A DNA stretch of 60,324 bases, counting the filler. It is 6 parts of 6 records of this genome, joined end to end, with 100 filler letters (N's around TTAATTAATTAA, not from the genome) between each part and the next. Parts side by side here need not be neighbours in the genome. Positions count along the whole stretch, not along the records: positions 1 to 9,527 come from SRR2962707_2044; positions 9,628 to 24,087 come from SRR2962707_2051; 4 more parts are not named here. One strand, given 5' to 3'. Numbering within the stretch: position 1 is the first letter of the stretch; the number at the start of each line of letters is the position of its first letter. A program made the translations under genes and the position numbers. Below, piece by piece: positions 1 to 9,913 of this stretch. The notes beneath the pieces are model-generated. The model did no database searches and had not been told where the DNA came from. It saw only the letters and a program-made list of their open reading frames with translations.

Positions 1-1
1 C

Positions 2-391
2 GTCATCGTCACCGACAACCTGTTCGGCGATATCCTGTCTGACTGTGCCGCGATGCTGACCGGATCGCTTGGCATGCTGCCATCCGCGTCTTTGGGTGCG
101 CCTAATGCAAATGGCCGCCCCAAGGCGATGTACGAACCCGTACACGGCTCTGCGCCTGACATCGCGGGCCAAGGCAAGGCAAACCCCATCGCCTGCATCC
201 TGAGCTTTGCAATGGCGCTGCGCTATTCCTTTGATCAGGGCGACGAGGCCACGCGCCTGGAAGCTGCGATCGAAAAGGTTCTGGCCGATGGCGCACGTAC
301 TGCCGATCTGATGGGCCCCGAAGGCGGCACGCCAATTTCGACCACACAGATGGGTGATGCCATCCTCGAGGCGCTCGACGCCAGCCTCTAA
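2..391 (+). CDS. leuB: 3-isopropylmalate dehydrogenase, C-terminal part (5' truncated)
   Basis: Frame from position 2 reads [14 protein letters not shown]...[12 protein letters not shown]...[19 protein letters not shown], the IPMDH signature. Confidence 0.95.
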   Translation, partial: VIVTDNLFGDILSDCAAMLTGSLGMLPSASLGAPNANGRPKAMYEPVHGSAPDIAGQGKANPIACILSFAMALRYSFDQGDEATRLEAAIEKVLADGARTADLMGPEGGTPISTTQMGDAILEALDASL

Positions 392-456
392 GCTTGAGCG
401 CCCCCCGATTTGAGACCAGATCGGGGGGCTGCACACACGAAACGGGGGCAGACGGT

Positions 457-1467
457 ATGAGCCAGACAAAAATTGTTGCTGAACCGCCTGCGACCCGAAA
501 CACGACCCTACGCGGGATGGTGCTGGGTCTTGCTGCATTCGCAGTCTATGCCACCCACGACGCCGCGATCAAACAACTGGGCGAAAAATACTCGCCGGTG
601 CAGATCGTTTTCTTTGTAGTCCTGCTCAGCTTTCCTGTCGTGACGCTGATGCTGATAAGCGACAAAACGGCTGCGAACTTGCGGCCTCGATCACCCTTCT
701 TGATCTTGGTGCGTACCATCGCTGTCGTTGTCGGCGGGTTTAGCGCCTTTTATGCGTTCTCGGTCCTGCCCTTGGCCGAAACCTATGCCATCCTTTTTGC
801 CGCCCCGATCTTGATCACGATCCTGTCTGTCCCAATTCTGGGCGAGGTCGTGCGCGCACATCGCTGGATCGCTGTCGTCGTTGGGATGCTTGGCGTGTTG
901 ATCGTCTTGCGCCCCGGTACCGCCGAGCTGGGGCTTGGTCACCTTGCCGGATTTGTATCCGCCTTCTGCACCGCCCTAACAGCCGTGGTGATGCGCAAGA
1001 TCGGCGGCGGGGAACGCCGCGAGGTGCTGCTGCTTTACCCGCTGCTGGCGAATTTCGTGGTGATGCTGTGCCTGCTGCCGCTTGTCTATGTGCCAATGCC
1101 TTTGGCTGACCTCGGATTGGTTCTGGCGGTGTCCGTACTGGCGGTCCTCGCGATGACCCTGATGATCCGCGCCTATACCCTTGCCGATGCGGCGCTGGTC
1201 GCCCCGATGCAGTACAGCCAGATCATCTGGGCCGCGCTGTTCGGCTGGCTGTTCTTTAATGAAACAACCGACCTGATGACCTTTGTCGGGGCTGGGGTGA
1301 TTATCACCAGCGGCATCTACATCGTTGTGCGCGAAACCAGTGGCACCGCATCACTGAACAAACCCGTACTGCGCGCCCTAAGCCGCCGCCCTGAAATGGG
1401 CGGTCTGCCCCGCATCAGCCTTGCCAATCCCGAAATTCAGCAAACCGTTGAGGATGCCAGCGATTAG
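457..1467 (+). CDS. DMT/EamA family transporter
   Basis: About 10 hydrophobic segments with LGEVV..RW and P.QYSQIIWA.LFGWLFFNE EamA motifs. ATG at 457 chosen over the track start 394. Confidence 0.88.
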   Translation: MSQTKIVAEPPATRNTTLRGMVLGLAAFAVYATHDAAIKQLGEKYSPVQIVFFVVLLSFPVVTLMLISDKTAANLRPRSPFLILVRTIAVVVGGFSAFYAFSVLPLAETYAILFAAPILITILSVPILGEVVRAHRWIAVVVGMLGVLIVLRPGTAELGLGHLAGFVSAFCTALTAVVMRKIGGGERREVLLLYPLLANFVVMLCLLPLVYVPMPLADLGLVLAVSVLAVLAMTLMIRAYTLADAALVAPMQYSQIIWAALFGWLFFNETTDLMTFVGAGVIITSGIYIVVRETSGTASLNKPVLRALSRRPEMGGLPRISLANPEIQQTVEDASD

Positions 1468-1503
1468 TGCCAGTGTCGCGCTGATCCCAGCCGGAAGACC
1501 CAC

Positions 1504-2595
1504 ATGACCACACCTATTCAAGCCGAAGTATTGTTGCCCACCCAAGAGCTGCGCAGTGATTTGCCGTTTTATACCAAAACACTTGGCCTGCGGCTCGACA
1601 GTATTTTCCCCGCCGATGACCCGTCGGTTGCCAGCTTCTCCGGTCACGGTCTACGCATCCGGATCGAAAAAGGTGCAGACGTACCGCCCGGTAAAATCCG
1701 CATCCTGACCGATGATCCAGATGGCTTTGCCGATGGCGCGCGCGCGTTGGTGGCCCCCAACGGCACCCAGATCGAAATCGCGCCGCTGTCGCCAACGGTT
1801 GACCAGCCGCAAACCCAGCATGAATTTGCAGTGCGCCGCCTGCGTGACGAGGCCCCTTGGGTCATTGGCCGTGCTGGAATGCACTACCGCGATCTGATCC
1901 CGTCGCGGCTTGGCGGGTCGATCATTGCCAGCCACATCCGTATCCCCGACGGGGGGCCGGTGCCGGATATGGTGCATTACCACACGGTCGGGTTTCAGTT
2001 GATCTTTTGCTATCGCGGTTGGGTCGATGTCCTGTACGAGGATCAAGGCGATCTGATCCGCCTGCATGCGGGCGATTGCGTTACTCAACCGCCCGGCATC
2101 CGCCACCGCGTCGTCGAAGCGTCAGCCAATATCGAAGTGATCGAGATTGGCGTACCAGCCGAACATGTCACCACCATCGACCACGAGATGACCCTGCCCA
2201 ATGGCAAGGGCGACCCGATGCGCGAATGGGACGGCCAGCGTTTTGTGCATCACCTGAAAGACGGTGCTGTCTGGCAACCGTTCCGCATCCCCGGCTTTAC
2301 CGCACGTGATACAGGGATCAGCGACGGCACCAAAGGCGTTGCGGGTATCCAAGTGGTGCGCACAGACGGAAAAACCCCGCCGCCCAGCAAACATGACGCC
2401 GACATCCATTTTACCTTTGTCATGGAAGGGTCGATGACCCTGACCGCCGAAGGCCAGGACCCCCGTGATTTGCAGCCCGGTGACGCCTTTGTCATCCCGC
2501 CCGGGATGGTTGCGCAATACACCAACTGCTCCCCTGATCTTGAACTGTTGGAGGCCGCTTTGCGCGGTGACTTTGCCACCACTGTTCTGGACTAG
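1504..2595 (+). CDS. VOC/glyoxalase-like N-terminal domain fused to two cupin domains
   Basis: N-term FYTKTLGL...APNGTQIE resembles VOC. Cupin 1: HYHTVGFQ...GDCVTQPPGIRH. Cupin 2: FVMEGS...PGDAFVIPPG. Confidence 0.75.
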   Translation: MTTPIQAEVLLPTQELRSDLPFYTKTLGLRLDSIFPADDPSVASFSGHGLRIRIEKGADVPPGKIRILTDDPDGFADGARALVAPNGTQIEIAPLSPTVDQPQTQHEFAVRRLRDEAPWVIGRAGMHYRDLIPSRLGGSIIASHIRIPDGGPVPDMVHYHTVGFQLIFCYRGWVDVLYEDQGDLIRLHAGDCVTQPPGIRHRVVEASANIEVIEIGVPAEHVTTIDHEMTLPNGKGDPMREWDGQRFVHHLKDGAVWQPFRIPGFTARDTGISDGTKGVAGIQVVRTDGKTPPPSKHDADIHFTFVMEGSMTLTAEGQDPRDLQPGDAFVIPPGMVAQYTNCSPDLELLEAALRGDFATTVLD

Positions 2596-2604
2596 GCGAA
2601 CAGC

Positions 2605-3801
2605 CTAGCGCCAGAACACCTGTGGGCTTTCGCCATTCGCCAGAAGCGGCACATCCGCCAGTGACTGCCCGTCCCCGCGCACCTGATGCATGTCACAGCC
2701 CATGGATGCCCCAAAACGCTTCAGGTCAGCCTCAAGCGCTGCTTTATCCAGCCGATGCCATGGCCCCGCATCGTCGATCATTCCGTATTTCAACAGCGTC
2801 TGACCCATCGCCGCAAAATCAACCTCGGCTGACATCATCAGGGCAGCACGGCGCACGCCAGCGGGTGCCCAGTAAGACAGGCAGTGATCCAACCCGATCC
2901 CGGTGCCTGCCTCAAACCAGCGGGTTTGATCCAACATATATTGATACTCACGCGATTTGCGCCGTTTGATAATCGCCACGTTGGTGTCAGGTCCGCCAAC
3001 ATAGTTCACCAGATGAAAGGGCGACCCGTCCGGCCCGATGATATGGCACGCCGACCGATAGTGCCTGACCTGATCGGCAAGGCTGTGGTTCTGCGGATGA
3101 AAGATCAGATAGCCCTCAGCGCGCAACAAGTCCTCTAGCGCGCCTTCCCCCAGAATACTGCGTCGTTTCTCGGTGAACTCGGACCGCGAGATATAGATTT
3201 TGTCATGCCCCGTCGGCGCAAGATCATCCCGGAAATGCCCGCGAAGATAGGCGCGGTATTCGGGCGATGACATCATATCGGTTTTGATGCCGCTTCCTTG
3301 GGGCGGGATAATCAACCTGTCCACCTGATAGAACTGATCAACGATCTTCCAGTTGAAAGGCGCATCCAGAATGGAAAACAGATCGTCAAAGCTGGCCTTT
3401 GCCGTGTCTTGGTAGGTGTTGTAGACCGGAAAGAACAAAACGCCTTCGATCTTTTCGTTTATGTGATCCAAGGCCCAGACACGGGCCAATGTCTCGCTGA
3501 AGAAGTGGCCAAATTGCGGATTGTACACGCCGCCAAACAGCCATGTACCCGGCAAATGCGTGATGCGGCCCGGCCTTGGGTGCCCTGCCTCTACCGTGGC
3601 GGGTTGCCCTTGGGAATGCCAGCAAGTCGCCTGAGGCACTTCGCATTGCTGCGCGTCGTAAACACTGGCTTTGATCCGCCACCCTTGGGTTCTGGGGCGA
3701 TGCGCAAGGACGGCGTCGTTTACGGTTTTGATACCCTCCACCAACGGCACCCGAGGGTCGATTGCAAAAGACGCCGGCGGCGCTGAGGGAGATATATTCA
3801 T
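2605..3801 (-). CDS. Glycosyltransferase family 61 (DUF563)-like protein
   Basis: Motifs FGHFFSETLARVW, KIYISRS, PQNHSLADQVRHY..A.HIIGPDGS. GGAGG RBS precedes ATG 3801. Confidence 0.75.
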   Translation of the reverse strand: MNISPSAPPASFAIDPRVPLVEGIKTVNDAVLAHRPRTQGWRIKASVYDAQQCEVPQATCWHSQGQPATVEAGHPRPGRITHLPGTWLFGGVYNPQFGHFFSETLARVWALDHINEKIEGVLFFPVYNTYQDTAKASFDDLFSILDAPFNWKIVDQFYQVDRLIIPPQGSGIKTDMMSSPEYRAYLRGHFRDDLAPTGHDKIYISRSEFTEKRRSILGEGALEDLLRAEGYLIFHPQNHSLADQVRHYRSACHIIGPDGSPFHLVNYVGGPDTNVAIIKRRKSREYQYMLDQTRWFEAGTGIGLDHCLSYWAPAGVRRAALMMSAEVDFAAMGQTLLKYGMIDDAGPWHRLDKAALEADLKRFGASMGCDMHQVRGDGQSLADVPLLANGESPQVFWR

Positions 3802-3976
3802 TTTTCCATCCTCCCCTTTTGGGCCGCTTCGCTTGGTGATCTTAACAGCAGATATGCAATTCAAACAGGGCCGCGCGTCAATTGAATGCGACACCGCGCT
3901 TGCGAAATTGCCCCGCCTTGCCGCATGCTATCCGTAATGCAGCGCAAACACAAAAACACGGCGGGGGGTTACAATC

Positions 3977-4699
3977 ATGGCAGGCACCACATCAGAACCA
4001 GCGGCCGACGTGCGCGCCGCCCTTCATAACGTCGAGGTTCTGGGCGGCAGGCATCTTAAGCGGCGCATTATTGAAACCATGATCGACGGGTCATTTGAAA
4101 AACCCGAAATTGACGCGGGTCTGGCCTGTATCCAGCCGGGCGACCGGGTGATTGAAATGGGTGCAGGGTCAGGCACGGTCGGTGCAATCCTGACCAAGAA
4201 CATCCCGGAAGTTCAGATTCTGTCATTCGAGGCGAACCCGAACCTGCTGCCCGCGATCAACGCGCTTTACGCCCACAACGGGTTAAGCGGCCGCAATACC
4301 GTACGAAATAACGCAGTGGTCGCTGGCAAGGACGCCCCAGAAGCGATCGATTTCTATGTCCGGAGCAATTTCCTTGGGTCACGGATATTTGCCGAGAATA
4401 ACGAACCCGAAACCCAGATGGTTCAGGTCGGAACCGTCCAATACGAGACATTACGCAAAGAGTTCCCCCATAATGTTTTGATGATGGACATCGAGGGGGC
4501 AGAACTGGATTTCCTGCGCGCTGCCGATCTGTCGGACGTGGACCTTGTGATCATCGAACTGCACCGCAAGGTGTATCACCGCCCCGGCATGCAGGAATGC
4601 AAACGCGCCTTTGCGGACCAAGGGTTCATTCTGGACGAAGCCCATTCAAAGCGCAGTGTGTTCACCTATAAAAAGCAAAACCGGATCGACGCGGAATAG
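3977..4699 (+). CDS. FkbM family SAM-dependent methyltransferase
   Basis: Motifs VIEMGAGSG, SFEANP, LMMDIEGAE, IIELH. Confidence 0.88.
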   Translation: MAGTTSEPAADVRAALHNVEVLGGRHLKRRIIETMIDGSFEKPEIDAGLACIQPGDRVIEMGAGSGTVGAILTKNIPEVQILSFEANPNLLPAINALYAHNGLSGRNTVRNNAVVAGKDAPEAIDFYVRSNFLGSRIFAENNEPETQMVQVGTVQYETLRKEFPHNVLMMDIEGAELDFLRAADLSDVDLVIIELHRKVYHRPGMQECKRAFADQGFILDEAHSKRSVFTYKKQNRIDAE

Positions 4700-4722
4700 G
4701 CGCCGATCCGGCGGCGGGGGCG

Positions 4723-5496
4723 TTATGCCTCTGTGCGCCCCTCGAAACACTTCAATGCGATGCCTGCATCTTGCAATGCGGCTTTGACCGACCGCGCGAT
4801 ATCGACCGCCTCTGGTGTGTCACCGTGCAGGCAGATCGTGTCGATGGCGGCGGGGATGTGTTTACCGCTTTCGGTGATGATCGCACCGGCCTGCACCATC
4901 TTGACCATCCGCTGCCCGGCAAGCGCTGCGTCATGAATCACGGCACCGGGTTGGGACCGGTCCACCAGCGTCGCGTTGTCGTTATAGGCGCGGTCGGCAA
5001 ATATCTCTCCGGCCCATTTACAGCCCAGCGATTGCGCGGCGTCCTGTTGCGCCGTTGCAGATAACACCATGATAATCAGATCGGGGGCCACGCTAAGCGC
5101 CGCCTCGTAGAGATCACGCGCAAGGGTTTCATCCTCGGATGCCATATTGGCCAGCGCGCCGTGCAGTTTCAGGTGGCGCACCTGCGCCCCGATGCTGCGC
5201 GCCATGCCGACGCTTGCCGCGACCTGATAACGGACCTGATTTTGCAATGTGCCGCGCGGCACCGACATGCGATTACGGCCAAAGCCTGCGATGTCCATGA
5301 ACCCCGGATGTGCGCCAATACCAACGCCGTTTTCATGTGCCATCTTCATCGTGGCTGCCATCACATCAGCGTCGCCAGCATGCCCGCCACAGGCAATATT
5401 GGCCGAGCTGATGATTTTCAACAAAGCCGCGTCATCGCCCATTTTCCACGGGCCAAAGCTTTCGCCCATATCGGCGTTCAGGTCGACGGTGATCAT
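4723..5496 (-). CDS. pxpA: 5-oxoprolinase subunit A (LamB/YcsF family)
   Basis: DLNADMGESFG, SANIACGGHAGD, GAHPG, KLHGAL, EIFADRAY, TICLHGD. Confidence 0.93.
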   Translation of the reverse strand: MITVDLNADMGESFGPWKMGDDAALLKIISSANIACGGHAGDADVMAATMKMAHENGVGIGAHPGFMDIAGFGRNRMSVPRGTLQNQVRYQVAASVGMARSIGAQVRHLKLHGALANMASEDETLARDLYEAALSVAPDLIIMVLSATAQQDAAQSLGCKWAGEIFADRAYNDNATLVDRSQPGAVIHDAALAGQRMVKMVQAGAIITESGKHIPAAIDTICLHGDTPEAVDIARSVKAALQDAGIALKCFEGRTEA

Positions 5497-5497
5497 G

Positions 5498-6526
5498 TCA
5501 GATGTCCTTTTCAAACGGGTTGTCGGTGGCCGAGGTCACGCCCCCCACCAACTGATAGGAAAGCAGGTTTTTGATGGTTGCGGGATCACGGATCAGCGCG
5601 GTTATCTGGCCCGACAGCGCCTTGATCTCGCGGCGGTGTTGGGTCTCAATCGTGATGGCTTGATCAAGCGTGACAAATTCAAAGGTGATTTTTGTGCCAG
5701 CGGGGGCCTGTGCCACGCGCGGCAAATCACGCGGGATCACTGTGCCAATGCGGGGATAGCCGCCTGTGGTTTGCGATTCACCCATCAGCACAAAAGGCGC
5801 ACCATCGCCGGTGATCTGGATATCGCCCGGTACGATGACTTCGGACAGGATGGTCAACCCGCCCTCGGCATGGAAACCCGCGCCGTTGTGATCCATGCGC
5901 ACGCCCATGCGGTTGGCGCGGGGGTCACGGGCGAATTGCGTGTTGGTAAATCGTTCGCGTTCCTCGAGTGTAAAACGGTCGGTTTGCATGCTGGCGACCA
6001 CACGAACCGTGCCGCCGTCAAACCGGCTATCGCGCGGCAGTTGCATGCCCGTCCCACGGCCCTTGTCGGGGCCAATCGGCAAGCGTTCACCGGATTTCAG
6101 CGCAGCACCCAGACCGGCGCTTAGATGGCTGGCGCGAGCACCCAACAGGGGCTCTGTCGCGATACCCCCGCCGATATGCAGATAGCCATAGGTGCCGGAT
6201 GTCGCCCCGCCGATGGTCAGCTTGGCCCCTGCGGGCAGCAGGTGACTGGCGTTCCAGACGATAGCTTCACCGTCGATATTGGCCGCCATGCTCGCCCCTG
6301 TCAGAGCAATGCGAATGTCTTCGCTAGCAGTAAAGGTGCCACCGGTACCTGTCATTTCGATCGCTGCTAAATCGGCGGACTGGCCCAGCAATGCCGCGCC
6401 TTCGTATAGCGCAACCAGATCGGCGGCGCCGCCTTTGGTTAGCCCTTGGGCCAGCCAACCCGCGCGGCCACGGTCCTGAATTGTCAGGGCGGGACCAGCC
6501 TGCACGATGGTGAGGGTCGTGGTCAT
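5498..6526 (-). CDS. pxpC: 5-oxoprolinase subunit C (KipA / AHS2 domain)
   Basis: TIQDRGR.G, NRMGVR, PGDIQITGDG.P, QTTGGYPRIG. Lies between pxpB and pxpA. Confidence 0.9.
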   Translation of the reverse strand: MTTTLTIVQAGPALTIQDRGRAGWLAQGLTKGGAADLVALYEGAALLGQSADLAAIEMTGTGGTFTASEDIRIALTGASMAANIDGEAIVWNASHLLPAGAKLTIGGATSGTYGYLHIGGGIATEPLLGARASHLSAGLGAALKSGERLPIGPDKGRGTGMQLPRDSRFDGGTVRVVASMQTDRFTLEERERFTNTQFARDPRANRMGVRMDHNGAGFHAEGGLTILSEVIVPGDIQITGDGAPFVLMGESQTTGGYPRIGTVIPRDLPRVAQAPAGTKITFEFVTLDQAITIETQHRREIKALSGQITALIRDPATIKNLLSYQLVGGVTSATDNPFEKDI

Positions 6527-7269
6527 GGCAGCACCTCAGTCTCTGCGCCGCCAGCGCCGGATGTGTCGGATGTGTCGGTGGACAGGATATTATCAAATGC
6601 GCTGCGCGACACAGAGGGAAAGCACAGCTCGTCCCCCGGAGAGAGCGAAAACGGGCTGTCGCTGCGCGGGCGGAACGTCTTAAACGCCGTCTGCCCGATA
6701 TGTCGCCATCCGGTGGGGGACGCGTTGGTAAAGATGATCAACTGTCGGATCGCGACGATCAACGCGCCCGCGGGCACCGATTTCGTCAGTGCCTGTTGGC
6801 GCGGGATATCCCAGTTTTTCGGCAGCTCGCCCATATAGGGCTGTCCGGGGGCAAATCCGATGGTCAGCACGCGCACACGGACCTGCGACAGCTGCGAAAT
6901 CGCGGCATCAGGATCAAGGCCCGCCAGTTCAGCGGCTTCCTCAAGCTGGGGGGCCAGATCGGTGCCGTAGACGGTCGGGATGTGCCACAGCGTGCGGCCC
7001 GCTGGCAAAGGGGCGGTGTACCAGTCTTGGGTGTCCAGCAGATCATGCAGCCGCGTCAGCATCGCATCCAATGGCTGGGTCACCAAATCGACCTGTAAAA
7101 AGGTCGACACCAGCGATGTGCTTGTCTCGGATACTTCAGGCCAATCAGCAACGTCGATGGCGGCGCGAAACGACAAAGCGGCGCGATTTGCAGGCTCTGA
7201 CATGGTGTCGGCAAAGCTGATCAGAATACCGTTGAGGCCGACAGTCTGGATCTTGGGAAACGGTGTCAT
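6523..7269 (-). CDS. pxpB: 5-oxoprolinase subunit B (KipI / AHS1 domain)
   Basis: IPTVYG, IGFAPGQPYMG, VPAG, SPTGWRHIGQT. ATGA overlaps with both neighbours. Confidence 0.9.
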   Translation of the reverse strand: MTPFPKIQTVGLNGILISFADTMSEPANRAALSFRAAIDVADWPEVSETSTSLVSTFLQVDLVTQPLDAMLTRLHDLLDTQDWYTAPLPAGRTLWHIPTVYGTDLAPQLEEAAELAGLDPDAAISQLSQVRVRVLTIGFAPGQPYMGELPKNWDIPRQQALTKSVPAGALIVAIRQLIIFTNASPTGWRHIGQTAFKTFRPRSDSPFSLSPGDELCFPSVSRSAFDNILSTDTSDTSGAGGAETEVLP

Positions 7270-8575
7270 GATGGCCCTTGTCTGATGTTGTCTGGCAACC
7301 ATGTGGCGATGTCAGGAAAGAAGATCAACACGAACACCATGACCACCATGATCGCAAACATCGGCAGCGCGGCCTTGGTGATATAGCCCATTTCGTGGTC
7401 GGTCATACCCTGCAATACGAACAGGTTAAACCCGATGGGCGGGGTGATTTGGGCCATCTCGACGACAACCACAACAAAGATGCCGAACCAGATCAGGTCG
7501 ATCCCTGCGTCGCGGACCATCGGTTCGACCACGGCCATGGTCAGCACCACGGATGAAATGCCATCTAGGAACATGCCCAGCACGATGTAGAACACCAGCA
7601 GCGCCATCAGCAGTTGGAATTTGCTCAACTCCATCCCCGCGATGCCATCGGCCAAGGCACGGGCAAACCAGTGAACCCCATCGACAATTTCAAAAACGCA
7701 GCACCGGCTAAGATCAGCGCAATCATCGCCGAAGTGCGCATCGCACCCATCAGGCTTTCCTGAAAGCTGCTCCAGTTTAGTGACCCTTGCAAAAGCGCCA
7801 GCATCAGCGCGCCGATCACACCAATTGCAGCGGCTTCCGTCGCGGTGGCGAAACCCAGATACATCGACCCGATCACGACCGAAATCAGTGCAAACACCGG
7901 CAACAAGAACCGCGAATTGCGCAGCTTGTCGGTAAAGCTCATGTCGCGTTCAATCGTGGGGTTCCAGTCTTTGGAGGTGAGCGAAACAAATGCCACATAG
8001 GCCATGAACATCACCGCCAGAAACAAGCCGGGCAAGACCCCTGCAAAGAACAGTTTGGTGATGCTTTCGTTGACGGTCACGCCATAGACGATCAACGCCA
8101 GCGACGGCGGGATCATCAGGCCAAGGGTTGCGGCACCGGCCAGCGTGCCGATGATCATCTTTTCGGGGTAATTGCGTGCGCGCAGTTCGGGGATCGACAT
8201 TTTGCCCACGGTGGTCAGTGTCGCGGCGGATGATCCGGACACGGCAGCAAAGACGGTGCAGCCAACGATATTGGTATGGACCAGCCCACCGGGCAGTTTT
8301 GCCAGCCAAGGTGACAGGCCTTTGAACATATCCTCGGACAGGCGGGTTCTGAACAGGATTTCCCCCATCCAGATGAACAGCGGCAGGGCGGTCAATGTCC
8401 ATGAACTGGAGCTGGCCCAGATCGTCGTGACCATTGCGTCACCGACGGGGCGCGTGGTGAACAGCTCCATCCCGACCCAGGCAACGCCCATCAGCGCAAG
8501 GCCGACCCAGACGCCCGTGCCCAACAGAAAGAAAAGAACGACGAGAAAGAGAACGATTGCGTAAAGTTCTGTCAT
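7266..8575 (-). pseudogene. dctM: TRAP transporter large permease DctM, split by a 1-nt frameshift near 7661 (pseudogene or sequencing indel)
   Basis: N-part carries AVSGSSAAT and LGLMIPPS; C-part carries ITPPIGFNLFV. Adding one C to TTGCCC|GTGCC restores ...FTGLPRALADGI... Confidence 0.8.
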
Positions 8576-8579
8576 CGCA

Positions 8580-9104
8580 TCACTCCCCAAAGCTTTGATC
8601 GACAAGATCGCGGGTCAGGCGGTGCTCGCCTTTAACGATCAGATTTATCAGGTTGTCGGTCAGGGCGATGGCAAGGATCGCGCCGCCAACCACCATCACC
8701 GATTGCGGTATCCACAAGGCCGTGGCGTCTTGGGCCTGACTGATCTCGTTGAATTTCCACGACCAATAGACGAACCAATAGGCGTAATAGGTGAAATACC
8801 ACGCAATCGCCGCAGCCAGCCCGAAACACCAGATGTCCAGCAGCCGCTTTGGCCCATCGGGCAGCGCGTTCAGCAGGATCGACACGCGGATATGTGACCC
8901 GCGGTTCAGCGCATTGGCAAAGGCAAGAAAGCTGGCCCCTGCCATGGCATAGCCAGCATAGCTTGCGGCACCAGGGAAAACTTCACCCGTCCAGCGGGCG
9001 ACCATTTGGACGACGATCAGCAACAGGATCGCGACCAGACACATCGCAGCCAAAGCCCCCGAAATCAGGTAAAGTGCATCAAGCGATTTGCGCAGGGCTT
9101 TCAT
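8580..9104 (-). CDS. dctQ: TRAP transporter small permease DctQ
   Basis: 174 aa, four hydrophobic segments, GSHIRV motif, located between dctP and dctM. Confidence 0.88.
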   Translation of the reverse strand: MKALRKSLDALYLISGALAAMCLVAILLLIVVQMVARWTGEVFPGAASYAGYAMAGASFLAFANALNRGSHIRVSILLNALPDGPKRLLDIWCFGLAAAIAWYFTYYAYWFVYWSWKFNEISQAQDATALWIPQSVMVVGGAILAIALTDNLINLIVKGEHRLTRDLVDQSFGE

Positions 9105-9133
9105 AGGGACATCTCCGTTCGGCGGAAAGAAAC

Positions 9134-9157
9134 GGCGGCCCGTTTGAAGGGGCCGCC
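9134..9157 (-). terminator. GC-rich stem-loop after the TRAP binding-protein gene (partial terminator or mRNA stabiliser)
   Basis: GGCGGCCC/GGGCCGCC inverted repeat followed by GTTTCTTT on the minus strand. Confidence 0.55.
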
Positions 9158-9167
9158 AAAGGGATGC

Positions 9168-9527
9168 TTATTGCATCGATTTGTAGCCATCGACGATGGC
9201 CTTGCCGTTGTCACCAGCAGATTCCAGCCATTCCGACGTCATGGTGTCACCCACGGCACGCAGGCCGGTCATTAGCGCATCGCTGGCGGGTTCAACTTTC
9301 ATTCCGCCGTCGCGCAGACCGTCATAGGTGAACTGGGTGTAATCCTTGGACGCTTGCAAACCGCGTGCTTCAGCCTCGGTTGCGCAGGTGGTGATGACGC
9401 CCTTGTTGGCATCAGACACGTCCGACCAGACGTCGCTGTTCACCATGATATAATTGCGCGGCAGCCATGCATCGACTTCGTAAAAGTTGGTCAGGCTTTC
9501 CCAGACCTTTTGGTCATAGCCCGTCGC
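9168..9527 (-). CDS. dctP: TRAP substrate-binding protein DctP, C-terminal part (truncated by contig end)
   Basis: W.PRNYIMVN..W..VSD and GMKVEP..., directly upstream of dctQM. Confidence 0.85.
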   Translation of the reverse strand, partial: ATGYDQKVWESLTNFYEVDAWLPRNYIMVNSDVWSDVSDANKGVITTCATEAEARGLQASKDYTQFTYDGLRDGGMKVEPASDALMTGLRAVGDTMTSEWLESAGDNGKAIVDGYKSMQ

Positions 9528-9627
9528 NNNNNNNNNNNNNNNNNNNNNNNNNNNNNNNNNNNNNNNNNNNNTTAATTAATTAANNNNNNNNNNNNNNNNN
9601 NNNNNNNNNNNNNNNNNNNNNNNNNNN
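9528..9627. other. Artificial contig spacer (44 N + TTAATTAATTAA + 44 N)
   Basis: Six-frame stop linker, identical at five positions in the window. Confidence 0.98.
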
Positions 9628-9651
9628 TTTTTTTTTTTTTTTTTTTTTTTT
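9628..9651 (+). repeat. Poly(T) run at the start of the eukaryotic contig
   Basis: 24 consecutive T. Confidence 0.9.
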
Positions 9652-9913
9652 CCGCCTGCGTGGCACCTTTTTTTCTTTCCTGTGCGGCGGAAGGTTGTGG
9701 AAGAAGCCGGGTTTTTAGCTTTTTGGCGAAATCTCGTGTATTGCTCAAACTGTTGGTTGATCTCGGCGTCAAACTTCGTCGCTGGTCGTTCCGCTTCGGG
9801 CGGACGGCGGCAGCGACGGCTGGCTCTTGGACGGCGGCCCAGCCAGAGCACCCGTATTGTTGCTGAGACTGTGAGGTCTCACCTTGCAGCGGCAGGCAAC
9901 GCAACACGTAGCG

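Noticed and set aside
1504-2595. DMSP lyase (DddW/DddQ/DddK)
   Set aside because: Only a generic cupin motif; size and architecture differ, and there is no supporting context.
5249-6124. 291-aa antisense ORF and the many other short overlapping ORFs in the track
   Set aside because: Shadows of well-supported genes in GC-rich DNA, with no recognisable motifs.
7640-7680. Programmed ribosomal frameshift in dctM
   Set aside because: No slippery heptamer or stimulatory structure seen; a simple homopolymer indel explains it.
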